From NCBI GenBank assembly GCA_034003745.1, contig JAVEYA010000001.1, positions 43 to 64,042 of the forward strand: 64,000 bases of DNA, in the 5' to 3' direction. The notes beneath the pieces were generated by a model that ran no database searches, was not told where the DNA came from, and saw only the letters and a program-made list of their open reading frames with translations. The stretch is from Clostridia bacterium (GTDB taxonomy: Bacteria > Bacillota > Peptococcia > DRI-13 > PHAD01). The stretch's first letter is position 1. Each line of letters opens with the position of its first letter. Position numbers and translations under genes: made by a program. Shown here one piece after another: positions 37,427 through 45,479 of this stretch.

Positions 37427-37458
37427 GCGGAGGCGCCATCCTCTGCTTTCTTTTTTTT
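37427..37458 (+). terminator. Intrinsic terminator closing the four-gene operon
   Basis: GCGGAGG cgccat CCTCTGC followed by TTTCTTTTTTTT. Confidence 0.85.
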
Positions 37459-37576
37459 CAGACCTTTGCTATAATAAAGTGCGGACAAAGATGTTCTTTT
37501 TTTCGGGAATTTCTTTGTTTTTTCTTTATATTATTTCCAGGAAAATTCTGGCTTAAAAAATTGAGGAGTGATGTGG

Positions 37577-39343
37577 ATGGATGTTAAAGCGATGATGCGG
37601 GCAATGGATGTGGCCCTGGGCAAAACACCGGCGGATCTGGCCATTACCAACGCTAAATTGGTCAACGTGGCCACTCGCCGGGTGGAAGAAGCGGATATCC
37701 TGGTTGCGGAAGGTATCATCGCGGCGATTCAGGAGCGCGGCAGTGCAAAAAAAGGCGCCGCCACACAGGAACTGGACGCAGGCGGCAGGTATCTTCTGCC
37801 CGGACTGCTGGACGCCCATACCCATATCGAGATGTCTTTTTTATCGGCCGTACCGTACGCTGAGTGCGTCTTACCCCTCGGCACGACGGGTATTATGGTC
37901 GATCCTCATGACATGGTGAACGCCACCGGCCTGGAAGGGCTCCGGCATTTTGCCGCAGAAATGGCTTCCACACCCCTTAAATGCTACCTGATGGTTCCCC
38001 CCTGTATTCCTTCTTCGCCGGATTTGGAAGACGCCGCTATCAATATGACCCTCCAAGACATGAAGAAAGCCTTCAATCTGCCCAGCGCCCACGGCATTGC
38101 GGAAACCATGGACTTTTCCCGGGTGCTGGCCCAAGAGCAGGAGCTCCTCCATATCCTGTCCTGGTCCCGTGAACAGAACCTTCTGGTGGACGGGCACTGC
38201 CCGGAATTGCGGGGGCGTGCCCTGCAGGCCTATGCCCTGACCGGTCCGGTTCTCACCGACCATGAATCCGTGACCGTTGAGGAAATGCAGGAGAAATACC
38301 GTCTGGGTATGCGGGTGATTATTCGCCGGGGTTCTTTGAGCGAATCCGCCTCCGCCGGCGACTTTGTCAATTCCCTGGCTGATACCAGCAATGTCCTGCT
38401 CTCCACCGACGGCTGCATTACCGTTCATGATATCCTCACCAAAGGCCATATGAACTATGCCCTGCGCTGCGTAGTGGAGGAAGGCGTCGACCCGCTGGTC
38501 GCCGTACAGATGGGCACCATCAACGTCGCCCGGGCCTATGGACTTTCCCATCGGGTCGGAATCATCGCGCCCGGCCGCGCCGCCGATCTGGTCCTCGTCA
38601 ATAATCTGCATGAATTCAAGGTGGAGGCTGCATACCTTAACGGCCGGCGCCTTCCTGCGCCCGGGAAGTACCAACTACCGCGCTATGCGTATCCCCAGCA
38701 GGTTCTGGAAACGGTGAAGCTGAAGGAAGTCGCCGCAGAGGCCTTCCGTATTAAAACGCCTGCAGCCGGCGGTATGGTAAAAGTACGCGCTATCGCCATC
38801 ATCGACGAAACCGTAGCCACAGCCGAGGAAATACATGAAATGCAGGCTGTGGGCGGCGAACTGCAGATTGACCCCTCCCGTGACTTACTCAAAGCGGCGG
38901 TCTTCGAAAGATATGGCCGCGCCGGAACCCACGCTACGGCCATAGTCAAAGGCTTTGGCCTGAAGAAAGGAGCTCTGGCCGGCAGTGTGGCCCAGGACAC
39001 ACAAAACATCGTCGCAGTGGGCGCTTCAGATGAAGATATGGCTTTGGCCGTCAATACCCTCAAAAAACAGCATGGCGGCATCGTCCTGGCCGAGGGAGGA
39101 AAAATTTTGGCCAATATCAAACTCCCCATCGGCGGTATCATGACCGACATCCCGCCTGAACAACTGCAGACTGCCATGGCCGACTTGAACCAAAAAGCGA
39201 AAGCCCTGGGCAGTACGCTTACCGACCCCATTTTTTCCTTATATATGCAAATTGCGCTGGCAGTTATCCCGGAAATACGCCTGACCAACCGCGGCCTGGT
39301 TCATGTCGCTTCGGCACAGTTTATCCCCTTATGGATAGATTAA
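37577..39343 (+). CDS. ade: Adenine deaminase
   Basis: DLAITNAKLVNVATRRVEEADILVAEGIIAAI ... LLPGLLDAHTHIEMS, an amidohydrolase fold about 590 aa long. The start is uncertain (37568 / 37571 / 37577). 37577 has the best spacing from GAGGAG. Confidence 0.9.
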   Translation: MDVKAMMRAMDVALGKTPADLAITNAKLVNVATRRVEEADILVAEGIIAAIQERGSAKKGAATQELDAGGRYLLPGLLDAHTHIEMSFLSAVPYAECVLPLGTTGIMVDPHDMVNATGLEGLRHFAAEMASTPLKCYLMVPPCIPSSPDLEDAAINMTLQDMKKAFNLPSAHGIAETMDFSRVLAQEQELLHILSWSREQNLLVDGHCPELRGRALQAYALTGPVLTDHESVTVEEMQEKYRLGMRVIIRRGSLSESASAGDFVNSLADTSNVLLSTDGCITVHDILTKGHMNYALRCVVEEGVDPLVAVQMGTINVARAYGLSHRVGIIAPGRAADLVLVNNLHEFKVEAAYLNGRRLPAPGKYQLPRYAYPQQVLETVKLKEVAAEAFRIKTPAAGGMVKVRAIAIIDETVATAEEIHEMQAVGGELQIDPSRDLLKAAVFERYGRAGTHATAIVKGFGLKKGALAGSVAQDTQNIVAVGASDEDMALAVNTLKKQHGGIVLAEGGKILANIKLPIGGIMTDIPPEQLQTAMADLNQKAKALGSTLTDPIFSLYMQIALAVIPEIRLTNRGLVHVASAQFIPLWID

Positions 39344-39376
39344 TTTATAAAAAGAGAATAGGAGAGGTGTTCACCA

Positions 39377-40441
39377 TTGTTGGATTTACAGGATATCTTA
39401 AGTATTATTGGCGCCTTATTTGACGCCATTGCCTCTGGTTTAGTGGCCTTATACTATGGTTTTGCAGCGTTCCCGTCCGGGCTGGCCTTCGTGGTCGGCG
39501 TCATCGGAGCGCTGGCCTTCGGCCTGGTTACCCCCATTTCTTTTCAGGCGGAAACCCTCGTCCTCGTAGGCGGTCTGGGTAAGAACATCAAGGAACGGTT
39601 ATCCATTGTTATCTTAGCCGGCATCATGATGGGCATTTTAGGCGCCTTCGGTTTTCTGGGAGCCGTCCTTGATTTTATCGGTGAGGATATCCTGTCCGGC
39701 ATGCTGGCAGGGGTAGGCATCATTCTGGCCCGCGCCGGCCTGACCCTGATGAAGGAACATTATCCTTCCGGCATCGTGTCTATGATTGTAGCGCTCAGCG
39801 TCTTCTTCTTTCATGGGGATTTGGCCTACATGATTGCCGCTTCCATCCTGGCCGGCACCGCTGTCTATGTTTTCATGACCAAAGGCCGGACGAATGCCGG
39901 GCTGCAGGATTTAGACCCTGTCTTAACCGCCCGCAAACTAAACTTTACCAAGCCGATCTTCAACAATTGGGGCGTCTGGCGCGCCGCTTTGGCCGTCTGC
40001 ACTCTGCAGATAGGGGCTAACATCAGTTACGGCACTATCACCGGACAGATTGCCAACCATCCCGTCGATATCGACAAGCTGACCGTGGTCTCGGCCCTGG
40101 CCGATTTTGTCAGCGCCCTCTTCGGCGGCGCCCCCATGGAATCCATCATTGCCGTTACAGCCACCGGGACACATCCGGTAACTGCCGGTATCATCTTTAT
40201 GGCAATCATGGCCGTCATTCTCTTAAGCGGGCTCCTGCCCAAACTGGCCCGCTGGATCCCCATCAGTTCCACCTCCGGCTACTTGTTTGTATTGGGCGCC
40301 GTCCTGGTGGTTCCTGACAACATGGCTGCCGCTGTAGGGGGAAATCCGCTGGTCGGCAGCATTACCGCAGTCGTTACGGCCATTTCCGATCCTTTCATCG
40401 GCATGCTGGCCGGTATTATTGTGAGGATGATTACGGGATGA
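39377..40441 (+). CDS. Polytopic membrane protein, putative nucleobase permease (function inferred from context only)
   Basis: 354 aa with about 10 hydrophobic segments. TTG start, 7 nt after GGAGAGGTG. It sits between adenine deaminase and a PRTase, and its stop overlaps the PRTase ATG. I could not assign it to a family with confidence. Confidence 0.55.
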   Translation: MLDLQDILSIIGALFDAIASGLVALYYGFAAFPSGLAFVVGVIGALAFGLVTPISFQAETLVLVGGLGKNIKERLSIVILAGIMMGILGAFGFLGAVLDFIGEDILSGMLAGVGIILARAGLTLMKEHYPSGIVSMIVALSVFFFHGDLAYMIAASILAGTAVYVFMTKGRTNAGLQDLDPVLTARKLNFTKPIFNNWGVWRAALAVCTLQIGANISYGTITGQIANHPVDIDKLTVVSALADFVSALFGGAPMESIIAVTATGTHPVTAGIIFMAIMAVILLSGLLPKLARWIPISSTSGYLFVLGAVLVVPDNMAAAVGGNPLVGSITAVVTAISDPFIGMLAGIIVRMITG

Positions 40442-40983
40442 GCAGATTTTATATGCTGGAGATAGCCGGACTAAAAAGAGAACTGCCGGTTATCCCCATC
40501 AGTGAGAATTTATCTATCGCCAGCTTTGTTATCCTGGGTGATACGGAACTGGTCTGCGCGGCGGCGCCCCTGCTGGCCGCAAAGCTGCCGCCTGTGGACC
40601 TTTTGGTCACGGCCGAAGCTAAGGGCATCCCCCTTGTCTTCGAGCTTTCCCGTCTGTTGAACTTAAAGCAGTACATTGTCGCCCGCAAAAGCGTCAAACC
40701 CTACATGGAAGAACCTTTGATCGACCAAGTGATTTCTATCACCACACAAAAAAAGCAGACGCTATGCCTGGACCGTAAAGACGCCCGCGAGATCGCCGGA
40801 AAAAGAGTCGCTATCATCGATGATGTTATCAGCACCGGTGAATCCATTGAGGCAGTGGGCCGGCTGGTCAAAGAAGCCGGCGGCAAAGTAGCGGCCAAAG
40901 CGGCCATCCTGGCCGAAGGCGACGCCGCGAAAAGAGACGATATCCTCTTCCTGCAGGCGCTCCCGGTGTTTCCGCATTCTTGA
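40438..40983 (+). CDS. Type I phosphoribosyltransferase (adenine/purine PRT-like)
   Basis: PRPP-binding motif VAIIDDVISTGESI; 181 aa. ATGA overlap with the permease gene. Confidence 0.8.
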   Translation: MSRFYMLEIAGLKRELPVIPISENLSIASFVILGDTELVCAAAPLLAAKLPPVDLLVTAEAKGIPLVFELSRLLNLKQYIVARKSVKPYMEEPLIDQVISITTQKKQTLCLDRKDAREIAGKRVAIIDDVISTGESIEAVGRLVKEAGGKVAAKAAILAEGDAAKRDDILFLQALPVFPHS

Positions 40984-41028
40984 ATAATACAGGATTATAG
41001 GTTAATTTTTAAAAAGTAGGTGACGCAT

Positions 41029-41223
41029 ATGAGTACAGTTTACTATTGCCCCGAATGCCGCAATGAACTCGAAGAAATATCCGGCTGCGGCTCCGTAAGT
41101 TATTTTTGCCATACCTGCAAAAAGCTGATTTCCCGCAAGCAAATCATAACCAAAGAAGAAGCGCAAACAGCCGGGGCTGAACAGAGCGGCCCCGATAAAA
41201 CAGGTAAAGAACAGTCGTCCTAA
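41029..41223 (+). CDS. Small double-CxxC zinc-ribbon protein (YfgJ/DUF1407-like)
   Basis: MSTVYYCPECRNELEEISGCGSVSYFCHTCKKLISRKQI. The ATG at 41029 follows AGGTGA. Confidence 0.6.
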   Translation: MSTVYYCPECRNELEEISGCGSVSYFCHTCKKLISRKQIITKEEAQTAGAEQSGPDKTGKEQSS

Positions 41224-41328
41224 GTTTTCCCTAGTTATATTGTATACTTAAGAATTTACCCTTGCATAACCCGGATAACGTGCTACAATATCACTAAGTT
41301 TAGATAATTGAATAACCAATCGTCAAGA

Positions 41329-41418
41329 GATTACAATGATGTTTTCTCTGATTTCGGCGAAAAGCTGATGATGGAAACAAAGACGTTTTCTTCCGCAAGG
41401 GGAAAATGTCTTTTTTTT
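41329..41418 (+). promoter_or_regulatory. amtB-glnK leader: strong intrinsic terminator with overlapping alternative hairpin (transcription attenuator)
   Basis: The terminator pairs GACGTTTTCTTC (41382-41393) with GGGGAAAATGTC (41399-41410), followed by T8 (41411-41418), 36 nt before the amtB ATG. The hairpin GGAAAC-AAAGAC-GTTTTC (41373-41390) uses the 5' arm of the terminator. A related 18-nt unit, GATTAC-AATGAT-GTTTTC, lies at 41329-41346. Confidence 0.7.
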
Positions 41419-41454
41419 ATTTAAATAACTTATTAAACAAAGGAGGAAAAAAAG

Positions 41455-42822
41455 ATGGACTTTCAAGTAATGATTGACACTATGTGGGTATTGATCGCCG
41501 GTTTTTTGGTCTTTTTTATGAATCTTGGCTTCGCCTGCGTGGAAAGCGGTTTCGCCAGATCTAAGAACACAGTAAACATTTTATCCAAAAACTTTATCGT
41601 CTTTGCAGTATCGTCGCTGGGCTTCCTGCTCTTAGGCTGGGGCATTATGTTCGGTGACGGCGGCGGATTTATGGGTACTTCCGGCCTGTTCTTCGTAAGC
41701 GGCGCCGATAACTCTCCCGCCATCGGAGACGCTTATCAGGGCGTGTACTCCGCAATTGGCTGGACCGGCATTCCGCTATGGGCCAAATTCTTCTTCCAGC
41801 TGGTGTTCTGCGGGACGGCCGCCACCATCGTCTCCGGAGCAGTGGCGGAACGTGTTAAGTACATCTCCTTTATTGTCTTTTCATTTGTCCTGACCTTAAT
41901 CATTTATCCCATCGTGGGCCATTGGATTTGGGGCGGCGGCTTCCTGGCGGACTTAGGCATGTGGGACTTCGCAGGCGGCACCGTAGTTCACTCCGTCGGC
42001 GGATGGGCAGCATTAGCCGGCATTATTGTTCTGGGTCCCCGGGTTGGTAAATATACCAAAGACGGAAAAATTCATCCTATCCCCGGTCACAGTATGGCTC
42101 TGGCTACCATAGGCGGTTTCATCCTCTGGCTCGGCTGGTTCGGATTCAACCCCGGCTCCACCATGGGTCTGGCGGATCCCGGCGCGGTCGCCCACATCGT
42201 TATAACCACGAATACCGCGGGTATTGTCGCCGTCTTAACTGCTACCGCTACTTCCTGGATTATCATCGGTAAGCCCGACCTCGGCATGTCCATCAACGGC
42301 TTGCTCGCCGGCTTGGTAGCGATCACTCCCTGCTGCGCTTTCGTCAGCGTTCCCAGTTCCCTGATTATCGGCGCAATTGCCGGTATCGTCGTAGTACTCT
42401 CCGTCATGGCTTTCGACCGCGCCAAGCTGGACGACCCGGTCGGCGCCACCTCCGTTCACCTGGTCTGCGGCGTAATGGGCACGATTATGGTCGGCCTCTT
42501 TGCAGAAAATGGCATCACCGGCGCTGCTACCGGCAACGGACTCTTCTTCGGCGGCGGAACTACCCTTTTAATTGCCCAGGTTATCGGTGTAATCGCTGCA
42601 GGGGCGTTTGTCTTTATCTCTTCTTTCATCGTTTGGAATATTATTAAGGTCGTCCTGGGCGCCCGGGTTCCGCTCAGCGAAGAAATTGCCGGCCTGGATA
42701 TCGGCGAACACGGTAACTCCGCTTATCCTGACTTCATGACTCAGAGGGTCTCCTACGCTCTGATTTCCAAGGATATTAACGTCACTGCGGTAGAATCTGC
42801 AAAGGGGGTTAAAGCGTTATGA
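41455..42822 (+). CDS. amtB: Ammonium transporter
   Basis: 455 aa, Amt/MEP family (FACVESGFARSKN, VVHSVGGWAALAG, GFNPGS). Confidence 0.95.
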   Translation: MDFQVMIDTMWVLIAGFLVFFMNLGFACVESGFARSKNTVNILSKNFIVFAVSSLGFLLLGWGIMFGDGGGFMGTSGLFFVSGADNSPAIGDAYQGVYSAIGWTGIPLWAKFFFQLVFCGTAATIVSGAVAERVKYISFIVFSFVLTLIIYPIVGHWIWGGGFLADLGMWDFAGGTVVHSVGGWAALAGIIVLGPRVGKYTKDGKIHPIPGHSMALATIGGFILWLGWFGFNPGSTMGLADPGAVAHIVITTNTAGIVAVLTATATSWIIIGKPDLGMSINGLLAGLVAITPCCAFVSVPSSLIIGAIAGIVVVLSVMAFDRAKLDDPVGATSVHLVCGVMGTIMVGLFAENGITGAATGNGLFFGGGTTLLIAQVIGVIAAGAFVFISSFIVWNIIKVVLGARVPLSEEIAGLDIGEHGNSAYPDFMTQRVSYALISKDINVTAVESAKGVKAL

Positions 42823-43160
42823 AACATATCAAAGCCGTAATCAAACCGGAAAAACTTTCCGATGTGCGTGACGCGTTAGAAAATCTAGGCTGCTATGGCG
42901 GCGCCATGATTACCGATATTATGGGCCAGGGTACGCAAAAAGGGATCACCCAGGCCTGGCGCGGCGAGAAATTCCAAATGGACCTGCTGCCCAAAGTATC
43001 CGTCGACATAATCGTTAAAGACGAAGACGCGGAAAGCGTGAAAAAAGCCATTCTGGAAAGCGCCTGCACAGGCTCCATCGGCGACGGCAAAATCTTTGTT
43101 TATAACGTAGAAGAAGTTATCAGAATCAGAACCGGCGAAAAAGACGACAAAGCAATCTAA
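42819..43160 (+). CDS. glnK: P-II nitrogen regulatory protein (GlnK type)
   Basis: MKHIKAVIKPEKLSDVRDALENLG...TGSIGDGKIFVYNVEEVIRIRTGE. ATGA overlap with amtB. The T-loop reads GQGTQKGITQAWRGEKFQMDL; Phe sits at the position of E. coli Tyr51. Confidence 0.93.
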   Translation: MKHIKAVIKPEKLSDVRDALENLGCYGGAMITDIMGQGTQKGITQAWRGEKFQMDLLPKVSVDIIVKDEDAESVKKAILESACTGSIGDGKIFVYNVEEVIRIRTGEKDDKAI

Positions 43161-43185
43161 ATCCTGCTTGAAAACCCGCTCAAAA

Positions 43186-43222
43186 GAAAACTGCCCGGTT
43201 CAAATGCCGGGCAGTTTCTTTC
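43186..43222. terminator. Bidirectional terminator between the convergent glnK and feo operons
   Basis: AAACTGCCCGG (43186-43196) pairs with CCGGGCAGTTT (43205-43215). The stem is flanked by an A-rich run upstream and a T-rich run downstream. Confidence 0.85.
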
Positions 43223-43234
43223 TTGCTCTTGCTA

Positions 43235-43384
43235 TTAGTCGCAGGAATCCTTGACGGAGCACGTGCAGCTATGGGGGCATCCGGAGCACTTCACGCCTCT
43301 TTTTTTATCACGGACGATTTTTAAAACAGCCAAACCGATAATAGCCGCTAATACAATGGCGACAACAATATTTACCGTATTCAT
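43235..43384 (-). CDS. FeoB-associated Cys-rich small membrane protein (49 aa)
   Basis: Not in the ORF track. Its ATG overlaps the feoB TGA (ATGA at 43381-43384). Translation: MNTVNIVVAIVLAAIIGLAVLKIVRDKKRGVKCSGCPHSCTCSVKDSCD. It has one TM and a Cys-rich tail, as in the family usually found after Firmicute feoB. Confidence 0.75.
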   Translation of the reverse strand: MNTVNIVVAIVLAAIIGLAVLKIVRDKKRGVKCSGCPHSCTCSVKDSCD

Positions 43385-45393
43385 GCTTTCACCACCCCTA
43401 TTTCAGGAAGGGATTGTTCTTTTTTACTGCCCTTTCTCATCAGGTACCCGATGGTTCCCGCGATTACCGCCACCGCGATAAGTCCGCCGAGGAAGCCTGC
43501 GCCGAAAGAGCCGGTAGTGGCCAGTGTGCCAATCTGGTAAACCAGGAAAGCCAAGACATAACCCATAGAGAGCTGAAAAGCGATTGCGGCAGCCAGCCAC
43601 TTCTTGGATTCCAACTCCGAGTTCATGGCGCCGATCGCCGCGAAGCACGGCGGCGTAAAGAGGTTAAAGACCAGGTAGGAAAGAGCGGCCACCGCGCCAA
43701 TACCCATAACCGAACTGACGTCGGCAGCGCCGCCGACCAGGGCCAATTCCTCCGTATCGATAAAATTTGTAATACCAAAGCATACGGCCAAAGTACCCAC
43801 CACGTTTTCCTTGGCGATAAATCCGGTTACGGCTGCCGCCGCGAACTGCCACATACCGAAACCAAGCGGGATGAACAAAAGCGCCAGGGGAGAAGCAATG
43901 GTAGCCAGGATGCTGGTTTCCGGCGCGGTCTCCGCGACGACCTGCAACTGCCAGTCAAAGGTCTGCAACATCTGCACCACTGCATTGCTGACCAGAATAA
44001 TGGTTCCGGCTTTGATAATAAAGGCTTTCGCCCGCATCAGCATGGAGATGGCCGCCCGTTTCACGCTGGGAATTCTGTATTCGGGCAGTTCCATGATGAA
44101 ATAGGAACGGGAGAAATCTCCGGTGATCTGCCGGATAATCAACGCACCCAGGAGAATGACGACGATGCCCAAAAAGTACATAGACGTGCCCACCCAGCTG
44201 TTGTCGGAAAAGAAAACGCCGGCGAACAGGGCAATAATCGGCAGCTTCGCTCCGCAGGGCATGAAGGGGGCCAGCATGGCCGTGGTGCGTCTTTGTCTTT
44301 CATTCTTGATTGTTCTGGTAGCCATGACGCCGGGAATACTGCAGCCGGTGCCGATAATCATCGGAATAATGGAACGGCCGGATAATCCCACCTTTTTGAA
44401 GAAGCGGTCCATCACCATCGCCACGCGGGCCATATAGCCACAGTCTTCCAAGAGAGCCAGACAGAAGAACAAAACCATGATCAGCGGCAAAAAGCCGATG
44501 ACCGCGCCCACGCCGCCGATGATACCGTCCAGGAGCAAAGCGCCCAAAACCGGATTCACTTCTTCACCCAAAAGTGCGGCTACACTTTCGTACAATAAGT
44601 CGATCCAGCCCACAAAGGTATCGGCAAACCAGGGTCCGACCCAGGTCTGGGAGATGGAAAAGACCAGCCAGATAATAAGGGCAAAAATCGGGATGCCCAG
44701 CCACTTGTGGGCAACAATACGGTCAACCTTATCCTGCAGGGTTTGTTTTTCCGAGCTGACCTTTCTTCTTTCGACTTCCGCTACAATAGTATTGACAACG
44801 GCAAAGCGCTTTTTATCGGCTTTTTCAAATTGTTCTTTGGTAGAAGCGTTTCTTACTCCCCCGATATTCAAAGCAACCTGCTTTTTCCCTGACCTGACAA
44901 CGGTGATGACCGCGTTAATCAGTTCCGGCAAGCCGTTATTGGCTGATTTTGCGGCCACGGTTTGTATGACAGGGCAGTGCAAAGCATCACTCAAGGCCGG
45001 GATATCGATGGCAATCCCTTTTTCTTCTGTCAAATCACTCTTATTGAGGGCAACCACGACGGGTATTCCCAGTTCCAATAATTGCGTGGTAAAAAACAAA
45101 CTTCTGCTCAAATTGGTGGCATCGACAATATTGATAATCGCATCGGGTTTTTCAGTGAGGACAAAATCCTTGGTGATCGATTCTTCACTGGTATATGGCG
45201 ACATGGAATAGGCGCCCGGCAGGTCCACTACGATCAAATTTTCCTTCTTGGGGTTCAGACTCTGCTTTATATCCCCTTCCTTTTTCTCCACGGTCACGCC
45301 GGGCCAATTGCCCACATGCTCCACCCGGCCCGTAATCGCGTTGAACAAAGTGGTTTTCCCGCTATTAGGATTTCCTGCTAAAGCTATTTTCAT
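43381..45393 (-). CDS. feoB: Ferrous iron transporter FeoB
   Basis: 670 aa. N-terminal G-domain MKIALAGNPNSGKTTLFN, followed by the polytopic permease. Confidence 0.96.
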   Translation of the reverse strand: MKIALAGNPNSGKTTLFNAITGRVEHVGNWPGVTVEKKEGDIKQSLNPKKENLIVVDLPGAYSMSPYTSEESITKDFVLTEKPDAIINIVDATNLSRSLFFTTQLLELGIPVVVALNKSDLTEEKGIAIDIPALSDALHCPVIQTVAAKSANNGLPELINAVITVVRSGKKQVALNIGGVRNASTKEQFEKADKKRFAVVNTIVAEVERRKVSSEKQTLQDKVDRIVAHKWLGIPIFALIIWLVFSISQTWVGPWFADTFVGWIDLLYESVAALLGEEVNPVLGALLLDGIIGGVGAVIGFLPLIMVLFFCLALLEDCGYMARVAMVMDRFFKKVGLSGRSIIPMIIGTGCSIPGVMATRTIKNERQRRTTAMLAPFMPCGAKLPIIALFAGVFFSDNSWVGTSMYFLGIVVILLGALIIRQITGDFSRSYFIMELPEYRIPSVKRAAISMLMRAKAFIIKAGTIILVSNAVVQMLQTFDWQLQVVAETAPETSILATIASPLALLFIPLGFGMWQFAAAAVTGFIAKENVVGTLAVCFGITNFIDTEELALVGGAADVSSVMGIGAVAALSYLVFNLFTPPCFAAIGAMNSELESKKWLAAAIAFQLSMGYVLAFLVYQIGTLATTGSFGAGFLGGLIAVAVIAGTIGYLMRKGSKKEQSLPEIGVVKA

Positions 45394-45479
45394 ATTTATC
45401 CCTCCTCTGACAGTTAGGTCCTTCTAACTTTTACTCTAAAAAATATCTTTATTTTAATAAATGAATAGACCAGACCCGC

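Noticed and set aside
37459-37576. Purine (guanine/adenine) riboswitch upstream of adenine deaminase.
   Set aside because: There is no three-way-junction consensus (for example UAUAAUCGCGUGGAUAUGGCACGCAAGUUUCUACCGGGCACCGUAAAUGUCCGACUAUG-like core). I saw only an extended -10 and a weak AT-rich hairpin (ACAAAGA...TCTTTGT).
41224-41454. TnrA/GlnR box (TGTNAN7TNACA) or a glutamine (glnA-motif) riboswitch in the amtB leader.
   Set aside because: I found no convincing TGTNA-N7-TNACA match. The glnA RNA motif core (CGUUCA...GGAAGUAGG...AAGGAACGC) is also absent.
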